A DNA stretch of 63,093 nucleotides, filler included, from Octopus bimaculoides (lineage: Eukaryota), in assembly GCF_001194135.2 (NCBI RefSeq). It is 8 parts of 7 records of this genome, joined end to end, with 100 filler letters (N's around TTAATTAATTAA, not from the genome) between each part and the next. Parts side by side here need not be neighbours in the genome. Positions count along the whole stretch, not along the records: positions 27,301 to 49,005 come from NC_068982.1; positions 49,106 to 52,803 come from NC_068983.1; 6 more parts are not named here. One strand, written 5' to 3'. Made by a program: the position numbers and the translations under genes. How positions within the stretch are numbered: position 1 is the stretch's first letter; every line of letters starts with the position of its first letter. Positions 41,312-51,008 of the stretch are shown here, piece by piece. Under the pieces are notes generated by a model, which saw only the letters and a program-made list of their open reading frames with translations, had not been told where the DNA came from and made no database searches.

Positions 41312-41495
41312 TTTACAGATTTTTATTAATATGTCACATGTTTTTATAAATCATATATTAGCGCTTGCATCTATTCTAGTAGACTCTCCAGATTTTTAGT
41401 AGACTCTCCAAAAATCTGGAGAGTCTACTAGAATAGATGCAAGTGCTAATATATGATTTATAAAAACATGTGACATATTAATAAACATCTGTAAA
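41312..41495. repeat. Near-perfect 85-bp-arm hairpin with a 14-nt loop that duplicates arm sequence
   Basis: 41312-41396 versus the reverse complement of 41411-41495 differ at 2 positions. The loop tagtagactctcca equals 41377-41390. Confidence 0.95.
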
Positions 41496-41502
41496 CACAT
41501 GC

Positions 41503-41568
<66 letters not shown>

Positions 41569-41862
41569 TGCTTACTCCATCTTCACAAAGGATTGCCATC
41601 TTTGTCATCTTGTGCTTCCTCATAATCAGCAGCATATCTGACTTTCCGTTCACGACCTCTCAGATGAATATTTCAACAGGTCAGGTCCTCACACATCACC
41701 ATTTTTGTATTGCCATACAACTTTAAGATGGAATGACAAATAAGGTCGTCGCCACCATAAACAGACATTTGTAGGTGATTGGATTATAATTATAAACGTT
41801 TGTACAACACGAGTAGTACTCTCTGAGGCTCCATGATGACACGCCGAAGCTCTGAGACTCCT

Positions 41863-42224
41863 AGTTACTGTTAATACTTCATTTAGAGAATTAACATTGC
41901 TTGTTTTCACCTTTTCGATATCAGTGAAGAATTTCACTGGAAAAGTAGATATAAGATTGCCAGGTTTTTGTCTCTCTCACCAGGGTCAGTAGCTATCGAA
42001 CGCCGACGAAGGGAAATAACCCTGAAATCCGGATCCGTTCGTGCTGCAGATCATGGTGAGAGGGATAACTTCCCTTGGCAAACAGGACACAGTCGTGTGT
42101 CGATAAGCCAGCTGGAGGAGATGTCCTCCTGGGGCTAAAAGCAACAGTAACATCCACCCCTAGGGGTCAGCCACACTTAAGTGGCAATATACTACACTTT
42201 ATTGTGCAGTTACTGTTAATACTT
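41863..42224 (+). mobile_element. 345-bp tandem unit carrying a hammerhead (retrozyme or PLE pseudo-LTR; family H2)
   Basis: agttactgttaatactt at 41863 recurs at 42208, directly before a gap. The copy at 54394-54475 reads through the unit junction. Confidence 0.7.
41989..42047 (+). ncRNA. Type I hammerhead ribozyme motif (H2), U4C variant
   Basis: GTAGC-tat-CGAACG | CCGACGA | AGGG[aaataa]CCCT | GAAA | TCCGGA-T-C | CGTTCG-t-GCTGC. All three stems and the stem I internal loop are present. The predicted cut is after 42035. Confidence 0.8.
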
Positions 42225-43317
42225 NNNNNNNNNNNNNNNNNNNNNNNNNNNNNNNNNNNNNNNNNNNNNNNNNNNNNNNNNNNNNNNNNNNNNNNNNNNN
42301 NNNNNNNNNNNNNNNNNNNNNNNNNNNNNNNNNNNNNNNNNNNNNNNNNNNNNNNNNNNNNNNNNNNNNNNNNNNNNNNNNNNNNNNNNNNNNNNNNNNN
42401 NNNNNNNNNNNNNNNNNNNNNNNNNNNNNNNNNNNNNNNNNNNNNNNNNNNNNNNNNNNNNNNNNNNNNNNNNNNNNNNNNNNNNNNNNNNNNNNNNNNN
42501 NNNNNNNNNNNNNNNNNNNNNNNNNNNNNNNNNNNNNNNNNNNNNNNNNNNNNNNNNNNNNNNNNNNNNNNNNNNNNNNNNNNNNNNNNNNNNNNNNNNN
42601 NNNNNNNNNNNNNNNNNNNNNNNNNNNNNNNNNNNNNNNNNNNNNNNNNNNNNNNNNNNNNNNNNNNNNNNNNNNNNNNNNNNNNNNNNNNNNNNNNNNN
42701 NNNNNNNNNNNNNNNNNNNNNNNNNNNNNNNNNNNNNNNNNNNNNNNNNNNNNNNNNNNNNNNNNNNNNNNNNNNNNNNNNNNNNNNNNNNNNNNNNNNN
42801 NNNNNNNNNNNNNNNNNNNNNNNNNNNNNNNNNNNNNNNNNNNNNNNNNNNNNNNNNNNNNNNNNNNNNNNNNNNNNNNNNNNNNNNNNNNNNNNTGTAT
42901 ATGTAATTAAGTTTCAGTTGAATTAGGTACCTAAATTGAGATTTTGAGTTCCATTATTAATGTAAATATGTTTTTAAAAAGTGGTTATATCCTTATGTTC
43001 GAAGTTTATGTGGTAATCTGACGAGAACGATTTCGTTTAAATTGATAGAATGTTTTCATTAATCAATTAAAGGAGTCGCTTGAAACGGCCGTAATAAATT
43101 GAAACTTGTACATCCTTGTTACTCATAAATGTCTATATCTATATATAATAAATTAAAAGTGGTGGTTTATTAACAATTAGAACCTAAAGACAAAAGTGAC
43201 GAAAATCACAAAATTGACAGAGTGTACTGACTAGCACCACTTTTGCTAAAGAAGAGAGTTAAACTAATTCAAATCACAAATGCACTGTCTTAAGTGACTG
43301 ACAAAGGGAGGTAAGTT

Positions 43318-43396
43318 CCCAGCGTACATATCTGGATCACGATTTCGGATTTTGATATAGACCTTCTTAATCCTCATCAGCAGCTCTTAGCGCCTA
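43318..43396 (-). ncRNA. Type I hammerhead ribozyme motif (H3), intact core
   Basis: Minus strand: CTG | CTGATGA | GGATT[17 nt]AATCC | GAAA | TCGTGA-T-C | CAG, with distal stem I pairing cctaggcg/cgctggg. Confidence 0.8.
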
Positions 43397-44591
43397 GGAT
43401 TAAACTCCACTACCTCTGTCAGTCTTATAAGAAAAACCGTTGAAAACATATGCTGATTTCTGAAACGGTAAAAATGTAAACAACACATTAAAAAGAGTGG
43501 CTTATTAGCAATTAAAACCTTAAAGCAAAATTAATACAGTCACCTACTCAGTAATATATATATATATATANNNNNNNNNNNNNNNNNNNNNNNNNNNNNN
43601 NNNNNNNNNNNNNNNNNNNNNNNNNNNNNNNNNNNNNNNNNNNNNNNNNNNNNNNNNNNNNNNNNNNNNNNNNNNNNNNNNNNNNNNNNNNNNNNNNNNN
43701 NNNNNNNNNNNNNNNNNNNNNNNNNNNNNNNNNNNNNNNNNNNNNNNNNNNNNNNNNNNNNNNNNNNNNNNNNNNNNNNNNNNNNNNNNNNNNNNNNNNN
43801 NNNNNNNNNNNNNNNNNNNNNNNNNNNNNNNNNNNNNNNNNNNNNNNNNNNNNNNNNNNNNNNNNNNNNNNNNNNNNNNNNNNNNNNNNNNNNNNNNNNN
43901 NNNNNNNNNNNNNNNNNNNNNNNNNNNNNNNNNNNNNNNNNNNNNNNNNNNNNNNNNNNNNNNNNNNNNNNNNNNNNNNNNNNNNNNNNNNNNNNNNNNN
44001 NNNNNNNNNNNNNNNNNNNNNNNNNNNNNNNNNNNNNNNNNNNNNNNNNNNNNNNNNNNNNNNNNNNNNNNNNNNNNNNNNNNNNNNNNNNNNNNNNNNN
44101 NNNNNNNNNNNNNNNNNNNNNNNNNNNNNNNNNNNNNNNNNNNNNNNNNNNNNNNNNNNNNNNNNNNNNNNNNNNNNNNNNNNNNNNNNNNNNNNNNNNN
44201 NNNNNNNNNNNNNNNNNNNNNNNNNNNNNNNNNNNNNNNNNNNNNNNNNNNNNNNNNNNNNNNNNNNNNNNNNNNNNNNNNNNNNNNNNNNNNNNNNNNN
44301 NNNNNNNNNNNNNNNNNNNNNNNNNNNNNNNNNNNNNNNNNNNNNNNNNNNNNNNNNNNNNNNNNNNNNNNNNNNNNNNNNNNNNNNNNNNNNNNNNNNN
44401 NNNNNNNNNNNNNNNNNNNNNNNNNNNNNNNNNNNATATATATATATATATATATATACACAGTTGCTTCACCACATACCGAAGTTCAGAAATAGCAGCC
44501 AAAATGCTGAGACTCCAACAGATAGCATTACTTGTAACTCACAAAGGCAAAACAAGAAGAAAGAACAATGAAAACTAACCATTCGAAGTTA

Positions 44592-44649
44592 ATCATAGAC
44601 GCGTTTCTGGCTTAGTAGCGATAACACTCCATTTCCTCATCAGTATGAT
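44592..44649 (-). ncRNA. Type I hammerhead-like motif (H4, left arm)
   Basis: ATCATA | CTGATGA | GG..ggagtg[ttat]cgctac..CC-A | GAAAC-GC-GTC | TATGAT. Stem II closure is non-canonical. Confidence 0.65.
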
Positions 44650-44954
44650 GTTCTCGTTGACAACCGATAATGGTGTTTACATACCGAAGGGCTTGGTAAA
44701 AAATTATTAATTGTTAATTTATTAATAAATTGATAAACCTTTACCCTTTTAATTGTAATAATTATTCACTCCCTGATAGTAAACCGCAGATTTTCTGCGG
44801 TTTTGCTTGTGACGCACATGGTAATTTCTTGAGAACGAATAGTGGACTGGCTGACCTATGTAGGTTCGGAGGTGCTTTCAAGTTGTGTCGATGCATGATG
44901 TTCACTCTGTCATACATGCACAATTGCTAGCACCGTCGAATCTACAACGAGAAT

Positions 44955-45011
44955 ATCATACTGAAGAGAAATGGAGTGTTATCGCTCCTAAGCCAGAAAC
45001 GCGTCTATGAT
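44955..45011 (+). ncRNA. Type I hammerhead-like motif (H4, right arm)
   Basis: ATCATA | CTGAAGA | G..ggagtg[ttat]cgctcc..CC-A | GAAAC-GC-GTC | TATGAT. Confidence 0.65.
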
Positions 45012-45678
45012 TAACTTCGAATGGTTAGTTTCGTTATTTTTCTTCTTGTTTTGCCTTTGTGAGTTACAAGTAATGCTATCTGTTGGAGTCTCAGCATTTT
45101 GGCTGCTATTTTTGAACTTCGGTATGTGGTGAAGCAACTGTTTTGCTGATCCCTTAATTATGTTNNNNNNNNNNNNNNNNNNNNNNNNNNNNNNNNNNNN
45201 NNNNNNNNNNNNNNNNNNNNNNNNNNNNNNNNNNNNNNNNNNNNNNNNNNNNNNNNNNNNNNNNNNNNNNNNNNNNNNNNNNNNNNNNNNNNNNNNNNNN
45301 NNNNNNNNNNNNNNNNNNNNNNNNNNNNNNNNNNNNNNNNNNNNNNNNNNNNNNNNNNNNNNNNNNNNNNNNNNNNNNNNNNNNNNNNNNNNNNNNNNNN
45401 NNNNNNNNNNNNNNNNNNNNNNNNNNNNNNNNNNNNNNNNNNNNNNNNNNNNNNNNNNNNNNNNNNNNNNNNNNNNNNNNNNNNNNNNNNNNNNNNNNNN
45501 NTATATATAATATATATATTATATATATAGAGAGAGAGAGAAAGAGAAATGGAGGAGAGATATATATATATGAGTGTTTGTAAGAGAAAAATAAACAGAG
45601 ATAGTGATAGATATATATAGAGAGAGGTAGCGGGAAGTGTATGTGTGTACGTGCGCGTGTGCCTGTGTGAGTGCGTGC

Positions 45679-45721
<43 letters not shown>

Positions 45722-46602
45722 TGTGTGTGGGTGCATGTGTGCGCGCGCACGTGCGTGTGTGGTTGATGTGAAATAGATGAATAACTGCTGTTGCTAATGA
45801 GACATGGGCTGTTTGTGACTTAAGTGTCCGTCTGACTCTTCTGACTCTGAATAAACGCTAACGACTGGACAGCCAAGCGAAAATCTATGACTCATCACCA
45901 CAACGATTATGAGAAAGTGACCCAGGCAATGACAGGTTTATTAAGAAAACTTCATGGTTCAAGATACCGTTACGACGTTGCGATACGGACAAATAGACGA
46001 AAAATGGCTGCCCCATTTATGTCTAATGGTGGACACCTAATTGAGTTGTTAAAACCTAATTTTCTTCCTTCAGTTCGTTTTTCTCTTTTTTGTATGAATT
46101 TTCTTTCAGAATGTCTTGGTCTTATTTTCATTCTCTCTAACATTTTTGTATTTATGATTGCTTGCTTCTTTCGTTGGAAGAATCAATTATTTTTAATAGT
46201 AATTTGTTTTACTTATTTACATTATTTTTTCTTTCATATTACGCACCCACATAGCCATACACACACACATGCACATACACACGTTAGCACGCACACACGT
46301 ATACATATATACATACAGACATAGACAGTCTGATAGATATACACACACATACATATATATGCGTATGTATGTAAAATATGCATATACACTTTTATACATA
46401 CACTTACATGTATATGTGTGTGTGTATATATATATGTGTGTGTGTGTAATTGCATACACAAAACTAAATACACANNNNNNNNNNNNNNNNNNNNNNNNNN
46501 NNNNNNNNNNNNNNNNNNNNNNNNNNNNNNNNNNNNNNNNNNNNNNNNNNNNNNNNNNNNNNNNNNNNNNNNNNNNNNNNNNNNNNNNNNNNNNNNNNNN
46601 NN

Positions 46603-46641
<39 letters not shown>

Positions 46642-46845
46642 TATACATATATATGTATACACACACACACACATATATATATAAATATATATACACACAC
46701 GAACTTCTATACATATCTATATACATATATACATATATATATATAAATATAAATTTATGTATATGTATACATACATACATGCGTACATATATACATACAT
46801 ACATACATACATATATATATATATAAGCATATATATAGAAATAGA

Positions 46846-47125
46846 TGTGGAGGCTCGTGGAATTGTTGTTAAGGTGTTGCCCTCGCAATCGTAAGATTGT
46901 GTTTTCGAGCCCTAGCGCGGGCGGTACATTGTGCGCATGTGCAAAACACTTCATATCACGTTGTTCTACTCCATTTAGCTGCACATCGGTAAGGCTGCGA
47001 TGGACTGGCATTCTGTTCTGGAAAAAGGAAGTGATTTATTGTATAACACAACGCATCACTGGTCAAGGAATCAAAACCATGATCTTGCGTTCGTGAATGC
47101 ACCACGCTAGACACTAGAACACAGG
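46846..47125. mobile_element. Two degenerate tRNA-derived SINE heads, convergent (46846-47030 +, 47045-47125 -)
   Basis: ggaggctcgtggaattgttgttaagg..ttttcgagccc on plus; the reverse complement of ggaatcaaaaccatgatcttgcgttcgtg gives a tRNA-like head. Confidence 0.5.
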
Positions 47126-47413
47126 ACTTCACTTATATAACTGTATGCGAGGTGGTGCTGAAACGTTCCTGACTTCGGGCAAAAAAAAATATAAAAGAGG
47201 ATCAGTTCATTATGATTTTATCCATAATATTTACCTCTCAAATTCACACACTTATTACAGCAGGCCTTCAGTTTTTCTAAGCCCTGTAAAAGAACTAGGA
47301 AGTTTGGGCCTCCAACCAGGTCTTTCACGACACCCGTAAAACCGGGAATCTTTCAGCATGCCCTCTCGTAAAATGAGCAAAAGATAGATAGACAAACAGA
47401 CAGACAGACAGAC

Positions 47414-47480
<67 letters not shown>

Positions 47481-47785
47481 AATTGTTGGAGGCGCAAAGG
47501 AGTGGTTCAATCATAGTTAGGTTAGGTTTGAAATCTTGAGGTAGTATCTGCGGCAAGTATGCTTTCCTGTAGCCTCAGTTTGGCTGTGTTATTGCTAAAC
47601 AGAGACTATGTGGAAGCCTGTCGAATGGATTGTACTCCTAATATTAATATATATGCTTATCACATGCTAATTCGTTGTTTGCGTAAATCTGTTCTCGGAG
47701 TAATTGATCTCACCCTACTCCCCCGAAATTGCTGGCCTTGTGCCTATAGTAGAAGAGATCATCATAATCATCATCATCATCATCC

Positions 47786-47828
<43 letters not shown>

Positions 47829-47855
47829 TAGTATCATCATCATCATTATTTTAAA

Positions 47856-48040
47856 GGCAGCGAGCTAGCTGAATTGTTAGCATGCCAGGCGAAATGCTTA
47901 CCGGTATTTCGTCTGCCGCTACGGTCGACTTTGCCTTCATCCTTTCAGGGTCGATAAATTAGGTACCAGTTGAACACTGCAATCGATGTAATCGACACAT
48001 CCCCTCCCCCAATATGGCTGCCCTTGCGGCAAATTTTGAA
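47856..48040 (+). mobile_element. SINE family A, tail type 3, with an internal deletion of the B-box region
   Basis: aggcagcgagctagctgaattgttag..gctacggtcgactttgccttcatcctttcagggtcgataaattaggtacc. Confidence 0.8.
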
Positions 48041-48129
48041 ATAATCATAATAATTATTATTATCATCATTTATGGTCTCCTTTCATTCTCCGTAGTTCAC
48101 GGAGATTGGAGTTACCAGATAGTTGCTTA

Positions 48130-49005
48130 ATATACCTCTCAACTCCCTTCTTTATCATTCCCGAATGCACCAATTACTACTGGTATTATGGTAGTATTAA
48201 GCTTCCACATTTTAGTGGTTTCAATTTGCAAATCCTTTTAGTGAAAAATCTTTTGGTATTCCTTTGTTCATACGTTTTGTTCTTGTGGGAGAGACATATC
48301 TATTAACAGAAGTTCTTCTGTTGTAGTCCTTGATCACAATATCTGGTCGATTTGAGTCAATTTTTCTGTTTGCATTGGGAAGTCGCAAGTATGGTGACGC
48401 CCTCGCCATTTACTACATCCTCTGAATGCTGCCTGTACCACGTATCATGGGATTTAATTTTGTAGTATTTATAAACATTCCTGTGAATGTACTTTGCATT
48501 TTGTTTGATGTCTTTTGTATCAATGATAGATCTGTCACTAGTTGGATCTCTTTGATCTTTCAGAGATCAGGAGAAGCAATGGTAAGATTGTCAGTATTCT
48601 ATCAATCCAAGGGGCCCTTTCATTGTGTGTTTTATCTTCTGCCGAGATTTTATTCCAAAATCCTTGCACTTCTTCTTTTGATGGGACAGACTTTATTGTT
48701 ACAGGTGTTTTCCCTATCTTCCTGTAGACATTTTTGGGGTTATTTTTGAACATGTTATTATCTCGGAAGAATCTAACACGCTTTTCATACCTTGCTATGC
48801 GGGCAGCTTTAGCACATACCTTTTGCTTGATGGTTTCTATGGTGGCATCAATGTCAACTATGGTTTTCATATTATATTTTTTCTTTAGTTTTTGGGTCTT
48901 TGTAGGTTTGATACTCTTGTCAAATTTAAGGTTTTTCAAACATTCTATGTCATATCTAAGCAGCTTAATTTGGTGTTGAATGCGTTCTTGCCAAGAAGGC
49001 TTTTT
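48130..49005 (-). mobile_element. Internally deleted RLE-type (R4/Dong-like) LINE
   Basis: IKQKVCAKAARIARYEKR..FKNNPK..YRKIG..PSKEEVQGFWNKI..HNERAPWI (pre-RT region) is joined near 48535 to Y.RH..AKYIH..WY..VVNGEGVTIL..NRPDIVIKD (endonuclease region). No RT motifs lie between them. Confidence 0.8.
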
Positions 49006-49105
49006 NNNNNNNNNNNNNNNNNNNNNNNNNNNNNNNNNNNNNNNNNNNNTTAATTAATTAANNNNNNNNNNNNNNNNNNNNNNNNNNNNNNNNNNNNNNN
49101 NNNNN

Positions 49106-49172
<67 letters not shown>

Positions 49173-49694
49173 GGCACACAACTTGTATTTAAACATTCTT
49201 TTCATCTTTATAAACAAGTTCATAAATTCACTCCAAATAATAATGTAAACCATGTTTGAACGAGGCATCTAGTTGTAATGTGACTGAGTTTAATTTCCTG
49301 AAACTCATCTATCATTCCATTTGGGAAATTAACTTGAAAGTATAGACATCCTTTCATAGAGTATATACGTCAATCATTGGCTTAAATTAAAGTCTTGCTG
49401 AACAGAGTTAAACAACTATCCATATTGCAAATCTAACCGGAGGAAATGTATTCAGTTTTTGGGAGTTGTTTGCTTTTTTTTTTTGCTGTTTTTTTTTGTT
49501 TCTTTTTAGTACTTGTGTTCTATGATAGCATTTACAAAGCAAAAAAGAAAATATAATTTTGTTCAATATTTTATCAGAACAATAATTGCTCCTTTAAATA
49601 TGCAATTAAAAGGTTGAAATGTGTTTATGTTTCACCAGGAAACCCATTGTCTATGCAAACTTTTGTTTGTAGACCTGGTTCTTTGAGGAATCTC

Positions 49695-49990
49695 ATCTTC
49701 TCATCTTCGCCCACTTATTGCTGGGAAGGTCATGGAGGAAGAATTCTCAAGCACAACTTCACAGAAACAACTGTCTCCAATCAATCCACTTGGATCACCA
49801 AGTGAGATCGATCAAGCTCAGGGATGTTATCCAACCATCTTCCTCATAGATTATTCCTGGGTTTTCTGCTGGTTGGATTAAAGCCTCTCCAGTGATTCTT
49901 TCCTGAGACATTTTTACTACACATCCATAGTATCAGAGCTCAGATCTCTCAATCCAGAGAAATAGTGGCTCAACTTACAGTACTTCATCA
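49695..49990 (-). mobile_element. RTE-clade LINE 3' end (decayed)
   Basis: ERI..ALIQPAENP...RWLDNIPEL resembles the RTE C-terminus, followed by a short UTR ending gatgagaagatgag. Confidence 0.55.
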
Positions 49991-50224
49991 AATACCATTA
50001 CTTCAAACTCATTTTGTAGGAACCTCATATCAGCCACTGGTATTCACTGTTGTATACTTTGAAAGATGAGAGTTTAAATATCACTTATTTAAATCATCTT
50101 TAAATCTTTAGCATTCAAATTTGTCCATTCATTGAATAAAGTACTTGATCATCATTATCATCCAATGTTTTAGATCCAAATTTTGTTCCCTTTAATGGGG
50201 GTGGCCGGATCTACCTCCATGCCA

Positions 50225-50395
50225 TAGTAACCACCTTCACACCATCTTGCCATCTTGCCCTGTTTTGGGCGCCCTCCCTTCTCAAGCCAACCCTCCCAAT
50301 TTCCTCCTCCACCTGTCCCTTCCATATTTTCCTCGGTCTACCTTGCTTTCACAGTCCATTTACCTCAAACCCAAGCTCCTTTTTTGTCTCATGTG
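50225..50395 (-). mobile_element. RTE-clade LINE C-terminal fragment
   Basis: ELGFEVNGL*KQGRPRKIWKGQVEEEIGRVGLRREGAQNRARW matches the RTE G.R..GRP...W...V motif. Confidence 0.7.
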
Positions 50396-50479
50396 GTGCG
50401 ATGCTAGCAGCATAATGAAGGGATGGATGATACAAAGTCCAAGCTGACCACAGACATCCATAGGTGTCACTCAGGAAGG

Positions 50480-50715
50480 GTAGAGGAACATCATAAAGCT
50501 GTGACACAAGGAGATATTGATAAATCAGGTATAGCTGATCATGTATGGAAAAACGGAGACCACCTCCCCTTGTGGGATGAATAACAGATAGAGAACACCA
50601 CTGGAAAATATGAAAACTAAAAGAAGCAGCACATATACTAGGACACAACAACGTCCTAAGCAGACTGAGTGCAGATATGAGTAGCATATGGGAACTGGTA
50701 TTAAGAAAGGATAAG
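50480..50715 (+). mobile_element. Penelope-like GIY-YIG endonuclease C-terminal remnant
   Basis: RVEEHHKAVTQGDIDKSGIADHVWKNGDHLPLWDE..(HW)..LKEAAHI matches the PLE R..EH....S..A.H...H..W...LKE pattern. Frameshifted. Confidence 0.8.
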
Positions 50716-50761
50716 AAAATATTAGATTTATAAGCCCTAAAATTCACTCCATAATTATCTA

Positions 50762-51008
50762 CAGGCATATGGCGTAGTGGTTAAGAGCACAGGCTACTAA
50801 ACCCAAGATTCTGAGTTCGATTCCAGGCAGTGGCCTGAATAATAATTATAACATCGAAAAATACCTTAGGAATGAGAACCCAGGTTCGAAATATCCCCAG
50901 GGTACCTGATGAAGGCTGGGGGTACATCAGCCAAAATGTTGTGTCAACAACAAACAAAATCCGTCAAATGTAAATAATGTAAATAATTCCTCATCTCTCA
51001 AATATAGA
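50762..51008 (+). mobile_element. tRNA-headed SINE with a hammerhead-containing tail (family H1, full length)
   Basis: A box TGGCGTAGTGG (50770), B box GAGTTCGATTCC (50813), (AAT)n spacer, then the tail homologous to 19466-19640. Confidence 0.85.
50901..50945 (+). ncRNA. Degenerate type I hammerhead motif (H1)
   Basis: GGTAC-CTGATGA-A-GGCTG[ggggtacat]CAGCC-AAAAT-GTT-GTGTC. CUGAUGA is intact; GAAAC is mutated. Confidence 0.6.

Larger units (their letters stand above)
44460..45141. mobile_element. Fold-back element: ~200-bp inverted arms (44460-44659, 44945-45141) with a ~285-bp spacer (family H4)
   Basis: The arms are about 95% identical by manual alignment, and each carries a hammerhead motif. 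Confidence 0.9.

Noticed and set aside
43005-43045. CTGACGA-gaacgatttcgtt-TAAA hammerhead-like string
   Set aside because: GAAA, stem III and stem I are missing.
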